A DNA stretch of 64,000 bases from Octopus sinensis (taxonomy: Eukaryota), in assembly GCF_006345805.1 (NCBI RefSeq), contig NW_021836173.1, positions 1-64,000 of the forward strand, given 5' to 3'. The notes below the pieces were generated by a model, which made no database searches, was not told the DNA's origin, and saw only the letters and a program-made list of their open reading frames with translations. The position numbers and the translations under genes were made by a program. Below are positions 15,001 to 30,000 of this stretch, one piece after another; position 1 is the stretch's first letter, and every line of letters starts with the position of its first letter.

Positions 15001-18000
15001 GAAATAATTGACATTTTCTAACCTGAAAAGTTATGCGAATTTAGTGCATTCTTTGATAAATATAAGCTTATTATCAATCAGTTAACTTATATTTAGCTCA
15101 GAGATCACTAAATTTTTTGTTGTTTTTCAAGTACACATATGCAATATTTTGATATTTTCTAACCTGAAAACTTTTTTGAATTTAGTGTTTCCTTTGATAA
15201 ATATAAGCTTATTATCAATCATTTAACTTATATTTAGCTAAGAGATCTCTTAATTTGTTGTTGTTTTTCAAGTACACATCTGCAATAATTTGTTATTTTC
15301 TAACCTGAAAACTTTTGCGAATTTCTTGATTTCTTTGATAAATATAAGCTTATTATCAATCATTTAACTTATATTTAGCTAAGAGATCACTAAATTTTTT
15401 GTTGTTTTTCGAGTACACATATGCAATATTTTGACATTTTCTAAATTGAAAACTTTAGCGAATTTAGTGATTTCTTTAATAAATATAAGCTTTTTATCAA
15501 TCAGATAACTTATATTTAGCTAAGAGATCACTAAATTTTTTGTTGTTTTTCAAGTACACATATGCAATATTTTGACATTTTCTAAATTGAAAACGTTTGC
15601 GAATTTAGTGATTTCTTTGATAAATATAAGCTTATTATCAATAAGTTCACTTATATTTAGCTAAGAGATCACTAAATTTTTTGTTGTTTTTCAAGTACAC
15701 ATATGCAATATTTTGACATTTTCTAACCTGAAAAATTTTGCGAATTTAGTGATTTCTTTGATAAATATAAGCTTATTATCAATCAGATAACTTATATTTA
15801 GCTAAGAGATCACTAAATTTTTTGTTGTTTTTCAAGTACACATATGCAATATTATGACATTTTCTAAATTGAAAACTTTTGCGAATTTATTGATTTCTTT
15901 GATAAATATAAGCTTATTATCAATCAGATAACTTATATTTAGCTAAGAGATCACTAAAATTTTGTTGTTTTTCAAGTACACATATGCAATAATTTGACAT
16001 TTTCTAAATTGAAAACTTTTGCGAATTTAGTTATTTCTTTGATAAATATAAGCTTATTATCAATCATTTAACTTATATCTAGCTAAGAGATCACTAAATT
16101 TTTGTTGTTTTTCAAGTACACATATGCAATATTTTGACATTTTCTAAATTGAAAACGTTTGCGAATTTAGTGATTTCTTTGATAAATATAAGCTTATTAT
16201 GAATCAGTTAACTTATATTTAGCTAAGAGATCACTATATTTCTGGTTGTTTTTCAAGTACACAAATGCAATATTTTCACATTTTCTAACCTGAAAACTTT
16301 TGAGATTTTAGTGATCTCTAGGATAAATATAAGCTTATTATGAATCAGTTAACTTATATTTAGCTAAGAGATCACTAAATTTTTTGTCGTTTTTCAAGTA
16401 CACGTATGCAATATTTTGACATTTTCTAACCTGAAAACTTTTGCGATGTTAGTGATTTCTTTGATTGAGAAAAAGCTTATTATCAATCAGTTAACTTATA
16501 TTTAGCTAGATCACTAAATTGTTTGTTGTTTTTCAAGTACACATATGCAATATTTTGACATTTTGTAACCTGAAAACTTTGCGAATTTAGTGATCTCTTG
16601 GATAATATAAGCTTTTATTAAATCAGTTAACTTATATTTAGCTAAGAGATCACTAAATTGTTTGTTGTTTTTCAAGTACACATATGCAATATTTTGACAT
16701 TTTCTAACCTGAAAACTTTTGCGATTTTTGTGATCTCTTGGATAAATATAAGCTTTTTATCAATCATTTAACTTATATTTAGCTAAGAGATCACTAAATA
16801 TTTTGTTGTTTTTCAAGTACACATATGCAATATTTTGACATTTTCTAACCTGGAAACTTTTGCGAATTTAGTGATTTCTTTGATAAATATAAGCTTATTA
16901 TCAATCATTTAACTTATATTTAGCTAAGAGTTCACTAAATTTTTTGTTGTTTTTCAAGTACACACATGCAATATTTTGACATTTTCTAACCTGAAAACTT
17001 TTGCGAATTTAGTGATTTCTTTGATAAATATAAACTTATTATCAATCAGTTAACTTATATTTAGCTAAGAGATCACTAAATCTTTTGTTGTTTTTCAAGT
17101 ACACATATGCAATATTTTGACATTTTCTGAATTGAAAACGTTTGCGAATTTAGTGATTTCTTTGATAAATATAAGCTTATTATCAATCAGTTAACTTATA
17201 TTTAGCTAAGAGATCACTAATTTTTTGTTGTTTTTCAAGTACACATATGCAATATTTTGACATTTTCTAACCTGAAAACTTTTGCGAATTTAGTGATTTC
17301 TTTGATAAATATAAGCTTATTATCAATCATTTAACTTATATTTAGCTAAGAGATCACTAAATTTTTTGTTGTTTTTCAAGTACACATATGCAATATTTTG
17401 ACATTTTCTAACCTGAAAACTTTTGAGAATTTAGTGATCTCTTGGATAAATAAAAGCTTTTATCAATCATTTAACTTATATTTAGCTAAGAGATCACTAA
17501 ATTTTTTGGTGTTTTTCAAGTACACATATGCAATATTTTGACATTTTAACCTGAAAACTTTTGCGATTTAGTGATCTCTTGATAAGCTTTTTATCAATCA
17601 GATTAACTTATATTTAGCTAAGAGATCACTAAATTTTTTTGTTGTTTTTCAAGTACACATATGCAATATTTTGACATCTTCTAACCTGAAAACTTTTGAG
17701 AATTTAGTGATCTGTTCGATAAATATAAGCTTATTATCAATCATTTAACTTATATTTAGCTAAGAGATCATAAATTTTTTGTTGTTTTTCAAGTACACAT
17801 ATGCAATATTTTGACATTTCCTAACTGAAAACTTTTGCGAATTAGTGATTTCTTTGATAAATATAAGCTTATTATCAATCATTTAACTTATATTTAGCTA
17901 AGAGATCACTAAATTTTTGTTGTTTTTCAAGTACACATATGCAATATTTTGACATTTTCTAACCTGAAAACTTTTGCGATTTAGTGATTCTTTGATAATA

Positions 18001-21000
18001 TAAGCTTATTATCAATCATTTAACTTATATTTAGCTAAGAGATCACAAAATTTTTTTGTTTTTCAAGTACACATATGCAATATTTTCACATTTTCTAAAT
18101 TGAAACCGTTTGCGAATTTAGTGATTTCTTTGATAAATATAAGCTTATTATCAATCATTTAACTTATATTTAGCTAAGAGATCACTAAATTTTTTGTTGT
18201 TTTTCAAGTACACATATGCAATATTTTGACATTTTCTAACCTGAAAACTTTTGCGAATTTAGTGATTCCTTTGATAAATATAAGCTTATTATCAATCATT
18301 TAACTTATATTTAGCTAAGAGATCACTAAATTTTTTGTTGTTTTTCAAGTACACATATGCAATATTTTGACATTTTCTAACCTGAAAACTTTTACGAATT
18401 TAGTGATTTTTTGATAAATATGAGCTTATTATCAATCATTTAACTTATATTAAGCTAAGAGATCACTAAATTTTTTGTTGTTTTTCAAGTACACATATGC
18501 AATATTTTGACATTTTCTAACCTGAAAACTTTTGCGAATTTAGTGATTTCTTTGATAAATATAAGCTTATTATCAATCATTTAACTTATATTTAGCTAAG
18601 AGATCACTAAAATTTTGTTGTTTTTCAAGTACACATATGCAATATTTTGACATTTTCTAACCTGAAAACTTTTGCGAATTTAGTGATTTCTTTGATAAAT
18701 ATAAGCTTATTATCAATCATTTAACTTATATTTAGCTAAGAGATCACTAAATTTTTGTTGTTTTTCAAGTACACATATGCAATATTTTGACATTTTCTAA
18801 CCTGAAAACTTTTGCAGATTTAGTGATTCTTTGATAAATATAAGCTTATTATCAATCAGTTAACTTATATTAGCTAAGAGATCACTAAATTTTTTGTTGT
18901 TTTTCAAGTACACGATGCAATATTTTGACATTTTCTAACCTGAAAACTTTTGCGATTTAGTGATTTCTTTGATAAAAAAGCTTATTATCAATCAGTTAAC
19001 TTATATTGAGCTAGATCACTAAATTTTTTGTTGTTTTTCAAGTACACATATGCAATATTTTGACATTTTCTAACCTGAAAACTTTTGCGAATTTAGTGAT
19101 TTCTTTGATAAATATAAGCTTATTATCAATCAGTTAACTTATATTTAGCTAAGAGATCACTAAATTTTTGTTGTTTTTCAAGTACACATATGCAATATTT
19201 TGACATTTTCTAAATTGAAAACTTTTGCGAATTTAGTGATTTCTTTGATAAATATAAGCTTATTATCAATCATTTAACTTATATTTAGCTAAGAGATCAC
19301 TAAATTTTTTGTTGTTTTTCAAGTACACATATGCAATATTTTGACATTTTCTAACCTGAAAACTTTTGCGATGTTAGTGATTTCTTTGATTGATAAAAAG
19401 CTTATTATCAATCAGTTAACTTATATTTAGCTAGATCATTAAATTTTTGTTGTTTTTCAAGTACACATATGCAATATTTTGACATTTTATAACCTGAAAA
19501 CTTGTGCGATTTTAGTGACCTCTTGGATAAATATAAGCTTTTTATTAATCAGTTAACTTATATTTAGCTAAGAGATCACTAAATTGTTTGTTGTTTTTCA
19601 AGTACACATATGCAATATTTTGACATTTTGTAACCTGAAAACTTGTGCGATTTTAGTGATCTCGAGGATAAATATAAGCTTTTTATCAATCAGTTAACTT
19701 ATATTTAGCTAAAAGATAACTAAAGTTTTTTGTTGTTTTTCAAGTACACATATGCAATATTTTGACATTTTCTAACCCGGAAACTTTTGCGAATTTAGTG
19801 ATTTCTTTGATAAATATAAGCTTATTATCAATCATTTAACTTATATTTAGCTAAGAGATCACTAAATTTTTTGTTGTTTTTCAAGTACACATATGCAATA
19901 TTTTGACATTTTCTAACCTGAAAACTTTTGCGATTTAGTGATTTCTTTGATAAATAAAAGCTTATTATCAATCATTTAACTTATATTTAGCTAGATCACT
20001 AAATTTTTTGTTGTTTTTCAAGTACACATATGCAATATTTTGACATTTTATAACCTGAAAACTTTTGCGAATTTAGTGATCTCTTTGATAAATATAAGCT
20101 TTTTATCAATCAGTTAACTTATATTTAGCTAAGAGATCACAAAATTTTTTGTTTTTTTCAAGTACACATATGCAATATTTTGACATTTTCTAACCTGAAA
20201 ACTTTTGCGAATTTAGTGATTTCTTTGATAAATATAAGCTTATTATCAATCAGTTAACTTATATTTAGCTAAGAGATCACTAAATTTTTTGTTGTTTTTC
20301 AAGTACACATATGCAATATTTTGACATTTTCTAACCTGAAAACTTTTGCGAATTTAGTGATTTCTTTGATAAATATAAGCTTATTATCAATCAGTTAACT
20401 TATATTTAGCTAAGAGATCACTAAATTTTTTGTTGTTTTTCAAGTACACATATGCAAACATTTGACATTTTCTAACCTGAAAACTTTTGCGAATTTAGTG
20501 ATTTCTTTGATAAATATAAGCTTATTATCAATCATTTAACTTATATTTAGCTAAGAGATCACTAAATTTTTTGTTGTTTTTCAAGTACACATATGCAATA
20601 TTTTGACATTTTCTAACCTGAAAACTTTTGCGAATTTAGTGATTTCTTTGATAAATATAAGCTTATTATCAATCATTTAACTTATATTTAGCTAAGAGAT
20701 CACTAAATTTTTTGTTGTTTTTCAAGTACACATATGCAATATTTTGACATTTTCTAACCTGAAACTTTTGCGAATTTAGTGATTTCTTTGATAAATATCA
20801 GCTTATTATCAATCATTTAACTTATATTTAGCTAAGAGATCACTAAATTTTTTGTTGTTTTCAAGTACACATATGCAATATTTTGACATTTTCTAACCTG
20901 AAAACTTTTGCGAATTTAGTGATTTCTTTGATAAATATAAGCTTATTATCAATCATTTAACTTATATTAGCTAAGAGATCACTAAATTTTTGTTGTTTCA

Positions 21001-24000
21001 AGTACACATATGCAATATTTTGACATTTTCTAAACTGAAAACTTTTGCGAATTTAGTGATTTCTTTGATAAATATAAGCTTATTATCAATCATTTAACTT
21101 ATATTTAGCTAAGAGATCACTAAATTTTTTGTTGTTTTTCAAGTACACATATGCAATATTTTGACATTTCTAACCTGAAAACTTTTGCGAATTTAGTGAT
21201 TTCTTGATTAAATAAAGCTTATTATCAATCAGTTAACTTATATTTAGCTAGATCACTAAATTTTTTGTTGTTTTTCAAGTACACATATGCAATATTTTGA
21301 CATTTTCTAACCTAAAAACATGTGGGAATTTAGTGATTTCTTTGATAAATATAAGCTTATTATCAATCATTTAACTTATATTTAGCTAAGAGATCACTAA
21401 ATTTTTTGTTGTTTTTCAAGTACACATATGCAATATTTTGACATTTCTAACCTGAAAACTTTTGCGAATTTAGTGATTCTCTTTGATAAATATAAGCTTT
21501 TTATCAATCAGTTAACTTATATTTAGCTAAGAGATCACTAAATTTTTTGTTGTTTTTCAAGTACACATATGCAATATTTTGACATTTTCTAACCTGAAAA
21601 CTTTTGCGAATTTAGTGATTTCTTTGATAAATATAAGCTTATTATCAATCATTTAACTTATATTTAGCTAAGAGATCACTAAATTTTTTGTTGTTTTTCA
21701 AGTACACATATGCAATATTTTGACATTTTCTAACCTGAAAACTTTTGCGAATTTAGTGATTTCTTTGATAAATATAAGCTTATTATCAATCATTTAACTT
21801 ATATTTAGCTAAGAGATCACTAATTTTTTGTTGTTTTTCAAGTACACATATGCAATATTTTGACATTTTCTAACCTGAAAACTTTTGCGATTTAGTGATT
21901 TCTTGATGATAAATAAGCTTATTATCAATCAGTTAACTTATATTTAGCTAGATCACTAAATTTTTTGTGTTTTCAAGTACACATATGCAATATTTTGACA
22001 TTTTCTAACCTGAAACTTGTGCGATTTTTTAGTGTTTCTTTGATAAATATAAGCTTTATTAATCAGTTAACTTTATTTAGCTAAGAGATCACTAAATTTT
22101 TTGTTGTTTTCAAGTACACATATGCAATATTTTGACATTTTCTAACCTGAAAACTTTTGCGAATTTAGTGATTTCTTTGATAAATATAAGCTTTTTATCA
22201 ATCAGTTAACTTATATTTAGCTAAGAGATCACTAAATTTTTGTTGTTTTTCAAGTACACATATGCAATATTTTGACATTTCTAACCCTGAAACTTTTGCG
22301 AATTTAGTGATTTCTTTGATAAATATAGCTTATTATCAATCATTTAACTTATATTAGCTAAGAGATCACTAAATTTTTGTTGTTTTTCAAGTACACATAT
22401 GCAAATTTTGACATTTCTAACCTGAAAACTTTTGCGAATTTAGTGATTTCTTTGATAAATAAAAAGCTTATTATCAATCAGTTAACTTATATTTAGAGAG
22501 ATCACTAAATTTTTGTTGTTTTTCAAGTACACATATGCAATATTTTGACATTTTATAACCTGAAAACTTGTGCGATTTTAGTGTAGTGATCTTTGGATAA
22601 ATAAGCTTTTATCAATCAGTTAATTATATTAGCTAAGAGATCACTAAATTTTTTGTTGTTTTTCAAGTACACATATGCAATATTTTGACATTTTCTAACC
22701 TGAAAACTTTTGCGAATTTAGTGATTTCTTTGATAAATATAAGCTTATTATCAATCAGTTAACTTATATTTAGCTAAGAGATCACTAAATTTTTTGTTGT
22801 TTTTCAAGTACACATATGCAATATTTTGACATTTTCTAACCTGAAAACTTTTGCGAATTTAGTGATTTCTTTGATAAAATAAGCTTAATATATCAGTTAA
22901 CTTATATTTGCTAAGAGATCACTAAATTTTTTGTTGTTTTTCAAGTACAATATGCAATATTTTGACATTTTCTAACCTGAAAACTTTTGCGAATTTAGTG
23001 ATTTCTTTGATAAATATAAGCTTATTATCAATCAATTAACTTATATTTAGCTAAGAGATCACTAAATTTTTTGTTGTTTTTCAAGTACACATATGCAATA
23101 TTTGACATTTTCTAACCTGAAAACTTTTGCGAATTTAGTGATCTCTTGATAAATATAAGCTTTTTATCAATCATTTAACTTATATTTAGCTAAGAGATCA
23201 CTAAATTTTTTGTTGTTTTTCAAGTACACATATGCAATATTTTGACATTTTATAACCTGAAAACTTTTGCGATTTTAGTTATCTCTTGATAATATAAGCT
23301 TTTATCAATCATTTAACTTATATTTAGAAGAGATCACTAAATTTTTGTTGTTTTCAAGTACACATATGCAATATTTTGACATTTTCTAACCTGAAAACTT
23401 TGAGAATTTAGTGATCACTTTGATAAATATAAGCTTTTATCAATCAGTTAACTTATATGTAGCTCTACATTTTTTTGTGTTTTTCAAGTACACATATGCA
23501 ATATTTTGACATTTTCTAACCTGAAAACTTTTGCGATTTTAGTGATCTCTTGGATAAATATAATGTTTATCAATCAGTTAACTTATATTTAGCTAAGATC
23601 ACTTAATTTTTTGTTGTTTTTCAAGTACACATATGCAATATTTTGACATTTTCTAACCTGGAAACTTTTGCGAATTTAGTGATTCTTTGATAATATAAGC
23701 TTATTATCAATCAGTAACTTATATTAGCTAAGAGATCACTAAATTTTTTGTTTTTTCAAGTACACATATGCAATATTTTGACATTTTCTAACCTGAAAAC
23801 TTTTGCGAATTTAGTGATTCTTTGATAAATATAAGCTTATTATCAATCATTTAACTTATATTTAGCTAAGAGATCACTAAATTTTTTGTTGTTTTTCAAG
23901 TACACATATGCAATATTTTGACATTTTCTAACCTGAAAACATTTGCGAATTTAGTGATTTCTTTGATAAATATAAGCTTTTTATCAATCATTTAACTTAT

Positions 24001-27000
24001 ATTTAGCTAAGAGATCACTAAATTTTTTGTTGTTTTTCAAGTACACATATGCAATATTTTGACATTTTCTAAACTGAAAACTTTTGCGAATTTAGTGATT
24101 TCTTTGATAAATATAAGCTTATTATCAATCAGTTAGATAATATTTAGCTAAGAGATCACTAAAGTTTTTGTTTTTTTTCATGTACACGTATGCAATATTT
24201 TGACATTTTCTAACTGAAAACTTTTGCGGAATTTAGTGATTTCTTTGATAAATATAAGCTTATATATCAGATAACTTATATTTAGCTAAGAGATCACTAA
24301 ATTTTTTGTTGTTTTTCAAGTACACATATGCAATATTTTGACATTTTCTAAACTGAAAACTTTTGCGAATAGTGATTCTTTGATAAATATAAGCTTATTA
24401 TCAATCAGATTAACTTATATTTAGCTAGAGATCACTAAATTTTGGTGTTTTCAAGTACACATATGCAATATTTGACATTTTCTAACCTGAAAACTTTTGC
24501 GAATTTAGTATTTCTTTGATAAATATAAGCTTATTATCAATCATTTAACTTATATCTAGCTAAGAGATCACTAAATTTTGTTGTTTTTCAAGTACACATA
24601 TGCAATATTTGACATTTTCTAACCTGAAAACGTTTGCGAATTTAGTGATTTCTTTGATAAAATAAGCTTATTATCAATCATTTAACTTATTTAGCTAAGA
24701 GATCACTAAATTTTTGTTGTTTTTCAAGTACACATATGCAATATTTTGACATTTTCTAAATTGAAAACGTTTGCGAATTTAGTGATTTCTTTGATAAATA
24801 TAAGCTTATTATCAATCATTTAACTATATTTAGCTAGAGATCACTAAATTTTTGTTGTTTTTCAAGTACACATATGCAATATTGACATTTTCTAACCTGA
24901 AAACTTTTGAGATTTTAGTGATCTCTTGGATAAATATAAGCTTTCTATCAATCAGTTAACATATTTAGCTAAGAGATCACTAAATGTTTGTTGTTTTTCA
25001 AGTACACATATGAATATTTTGACATTTTCTAACCTGAAAAACTTTGGGATTTAGTGAACTCTGGATAAGCTTTTATCAATCATTAACTTATATTGAGCTA
25101 AGAGATCACTAAATTTTTGTTGTTTTTCCAGTACACATATGCATATTTGAACATCTTATACCTGAAAACTTTTGAGAATTTAGTGATTTGTTGATAAATA
25201 TAAGCTTATTATCAATCATTTAACAATATTTAGCTAGAGATCACTAAATTTTTGTTGTTTTTCAAGTACACATATGCATATTTTGACATTTTCTAAATTG
25301 AAAAAGTTTGCGAATTTAGTGATTTCTTTGATAAATATAAGCTTATTATCAATCAGTTAACTTATATTTAGCTAAGAGATCACTAAATTTTTTGTTGTTT
25401 TTCAAGTACACATATCCAATATTTTGACATTTTCTAACCTGAAATCTTTTGAGAATTTAGTGATCTGTTGGATAAATATAAGCTTATTATCAATCATTTA
25501 ACTTATATTTAGCTAAGAGATCACTAAATTTTTTGTTGTTTTTCAAGTACACATATGCAATATTTTGAAATTTTCTAAATTGAAAACGTTTGCGAAATTA
25601 GTGATTTCTTTGATAAATATATGCTTATTATCAATCAGATAACTTATATTTAGCTAAGAGAACACTAAATTTTTTGTTGTTTTTCAAGTACACATATGCA
25701 CTATTGTGACATTTTCTAACCGGAAAACTTTTGCGAATTTAGTGATTTCTTTGATAAATATAATCTTATTACCAATCATTTAACTTATATTGAGCTAAGA
25801 GATCAATAAATTTTTTGTTGTTTTTCAAGTACACATATGCAATATTTTGACATTTTATAACCTGAAAACTTTTGCGAATTTATTGATTTCTTTGAAAAAT
25901 ATAAGCTTAATATCAATCAGTTAACTTATATTTTGCTAAGAGATCACTACAATTTTTTTTTGTTTTTCAAGTACACATCTGCAATATTTGACATTTTCTA
26001 ACCTGAAAACCTTTGCGAATTTAGTGATTTCTTTGATAAATATAAGCTAATTATCAATCAGTTAACTTATATTTAGCTAAGAGATCACTTAAATTTTTTG
26101 TTGTTTTTCAAGTACACATATGCAACATTTTGACATTTTCTAACCTGAAAACTTTTGCGATTTTAGTGATCTCTTGGATAAATATAAGCTTTTTATCAAT
26201 CAGTTAACTTATATTTAGGTAAGAGATCACTAAATCTTTTGTTGTTTCTTAAGTACACATATGCAATATTTTGACATTTCTAATCTGAAAAACTTTTGAG
26301 ATTTAGTGATTTCTTTGATAAATATAAGCATTTATCAATCATTTAACTTATATGTAGATCACACTTTTTGTTGTTTTTCAAGTACACATATGCAATATTT
26401 TGACATTTTCTAACCTGAAAACTTTGCGGAATTTAGTGATCTTTGATAAATATAGCTTTATATCAATCATTAACTTATATTAGCTAAGAGATCACTAAAT
26501 TTTTTGTTGTTTTTCAAGTAACATATGCAATATTTTGACATTTTCTAACCTGAAAACTTTGCGAAATTTAGTGATTTCTTTGATAAATATAAGCTTATTT
26601 TCAATCAGTTAACTATTATTTAGCTAAGAGATCACTAAATTTTTGGTTGTTTTCAAGTACACATATGCAATATTTTGACTTTTCTAACCTCAAAATTTTT
26701 GCGAATTTAGTGAATCTTTGATAAATATAAGCCTATTATCAATCATTAACTTATATTAGCTAAGAGATCACTAAATTTTTGTTGTTTTTCAAGTACACAT
26801 CGCAATATTTTGACATTTTCTAACCTGAAAATTTGCGAATTTAGTGATTTCTTTGATAAATATAAGCTTATTATCAATCATTTAACTTATATTTAGCTAA
26901 GAGATCACTAAATTTTTTGTTGTTTTTCAAGTAAACATGTTTTGACATTTTCTAACCTGAAAACTTTTGCGAATTTAGTGATTTCTTTGATAAATATAAG

Positions 27001-30000
27001 CTTATTATCAATCATTTAACTTATATTTAGCTAAGAGATCACTAAATTTTTTGTTGTTTTTCAAGTACACATATGCAATATTTTGACATTTTCTAAATTG
27101 AAAACTTTTGCGAATTTAGTGATTCTTTGATAAATATAAGCTTTTTATCAATCAGTTAACTTATATTTACCTAAGAGATCACTAAATTTTTTGTTGTTTT
27201 TCAAGTACACATATGCAATATTTTGACATTTTCTAACCTGAAAATTTTGCAAATTTAGTGATTTTTTTGATAAATATAAGCTTATTATCAATCAGTTAAC
27301 TTATATTTAGCTAAGAGATCACTAAATTTTTTGTTGTTTTTCAAGTACACATATGCAATATTTTGACATTTCTACCTGAAAACTTTGCGAATTTAGTGAT
27401 TTCTTTGATAAATATAAGCTGTTTATCAATCAGTAACTTATATTAGCTCTAAATTTTTTGTTGTTTTTCAAGTACACATATGCAATATTTTGACATTTTC
27501 TAACCTGAAAAACTTTTGCGATTTTCGTGATTTCTTGGATAAATATAAGCTTTTTATCAATCAGTTATCATATATTTAGCTAAGAGATCACTAAATTTTT
27601 TGTGTTTTCAAGTACACATATGCAATATTTTGACATTTTATAACCTGAAAACTTTTGAGAATTTAGTGATCCCTTGGATAAATATAAGCTTATTATCAAT
27701 CATTTAACTTATATTTAGCTAAGGGATCACTAAATTTTTTGTTGTTTTTCAAGTACACATATGCAATATTTTGACATTTTCTAAATTGGAAACGTTTGCG
27801 AATTTAGTGATTTCTTTGATAAATATAAGCTTATTATCAATCAGTTAACTTATATTTAGCTAAGAGATCACTAAATTTTTGTTGTTTTCAAGTACATATA
27901 TGCAATATTTTGACATTTTCTAACCTGAAAACTTTTGCGAATTTCTTGATTTCTTTGATAAATATAAGCTTTTTATCAATCAGTTAACTTATATTTAGCT
28001 AAGAGATCACTAAATTTTTTGTTGTTTTTCAAGTACACATATGCAATATTTTGACATTTTCTAACCTGAAAACTCTTTTGAATTTAGTGATTCCTTTGAC
28101 AAATATAAGCTTATTATCAATCTTATATTTAGCTAAGAGATCACTAAATTTTCTGTTGTTTTTCAAGTACACATATGCAATATTTTGACATTTTCTAAAT
28201 TGAAAACGTTTGCGAATTTAGTGATTTCTTTGATAAATATAAGCTTATTATCAATCAGTTAACTTATATTTAGCTAAGAGATCACTAACTTTTGTCGTTT
28301 TTCAAGTACACATATGCAATATTTTGACATTTTCTAAATTGAAAACTTTTGCGAATTTCGTGATTTCTTTGATAAATATAAGCTTATTATCAATCAGTTA
28401 ACTTATATTTAGCTAGGAGATCACTAAATTTTTTGTTGTTTTTCAAGAACACATATGCAACATTTTGACATTTTCTAACCTGAAAACTTTTGCGATTTTA
28501 GTGATCTCTTGGATAAATATAAGCTTATTATCAATCAGTTAACTTATATTTAGCTAGGAGGTCACTATATTGTTTGTTGTTTTTTAAGTACACATATGCA
28601 ATATTTTGACATTTTACAACCTGAAAACTTGTGCGATTTTAGTCATCTCTTGAATATATATAAGCTTTTTATCAATCACTTAACTTATATTTAGCTAAGA
28701 GATCACTAAATTTTTTGTTATTTTTCAAGTACCCATATGCAATATTTTGACATTTTCTTACCTGAAAACATTTGCGATTTTAGTGATCTCTTGGATAAAT
28801 ATAAGCTTTTTATCAATCAGTTAACTTATATTTAGCTAAGAGATCATTAAATTTTTTGTTGATTTTGAAGTACACATATGCAACATTTTGACAATTTATA
28901 ACCTGAAAACTTTTGCGATTTTAGTGATCCCTTGGATAAATATAATCTTTTTATCAATCAGTAAACTTATATTTAGCTCTAAATTTTTTGTTGTTTTTTA
29001 AGTACACATATGCAATCTTTGACATTTTCTGACCTGAAAACGTTTGAGATTTTAGTACTCTTGGATAAATATAAGCTTTTATCAATCTGTTAAATTATAT
29101 TTAGCTACGAGATCACTAATTTTTTGTTGTTTTTCAAGTACACATATGCAATATTTTGACATTTTCTAACCTGAAAACTTTTGCGAATTTAGTGATTTCT
29201 TTGATAAATATAAGCTTATTATCAATCATTTAACTTATATTTAGCTAAGAGATCACTAAATTTTTTGTTGTTTTTCAAGTACACATATGCAATATTTTGA
29301 CATTTTCTAACCTGAAAACTTTTGCGAATTTCTTGATTTCTTTGATAAATATAAGCTTATTATCAATCAGTTAACTTATATTTAGCTAAGAGATCACTAA
29401 ATTTTTTGTTGTTTTTCAAGTACACATATGCAATATTTTGACATTTTCTAACCTGAAAACTTTTTTGAATTTAGTGATTCCTTTGACAAATGTAAGCTTA
29501 TTATCAATCTTATATTTAGCTAAGAGATCACTAAATTTTTTGTTGTTTTTCAAGTACACATATGCAATATTTTGACATTTTCTAAATTGAAAACGTTTGC
29601 GAATTTAGTGATTTCTTTGATAAATATAAGCTTATTATCAATCAGTTAACTTATATTTAGCTAAGAGATCACTAACTTTTGTCGTTTTTCAAGTACACAT
29701 ATGCAATATTTTGACATTTTCTGAAATTGAAACCTTTTGCGAATTTCGTGATTTCTTTGATAAATATAAGCTTATTATCAATAAGTTAACTTATATTTAG
29801 CTAGGAGATCACTAAATTTTTTGTTGTTTTCAAGAACACATATGCAACATTTTGACATTTTCTAACCTGAAAACTTTTGCTATTTTAGTGATCTCTTGGA
29901 TAAATATAAGCTTATTATCAATCAGTTAACTTATATTTAGCTAGGAGGTCACTAAATTGTTTGTTGTTTTTTAAGTACACATATGCAATATTTTGACATT

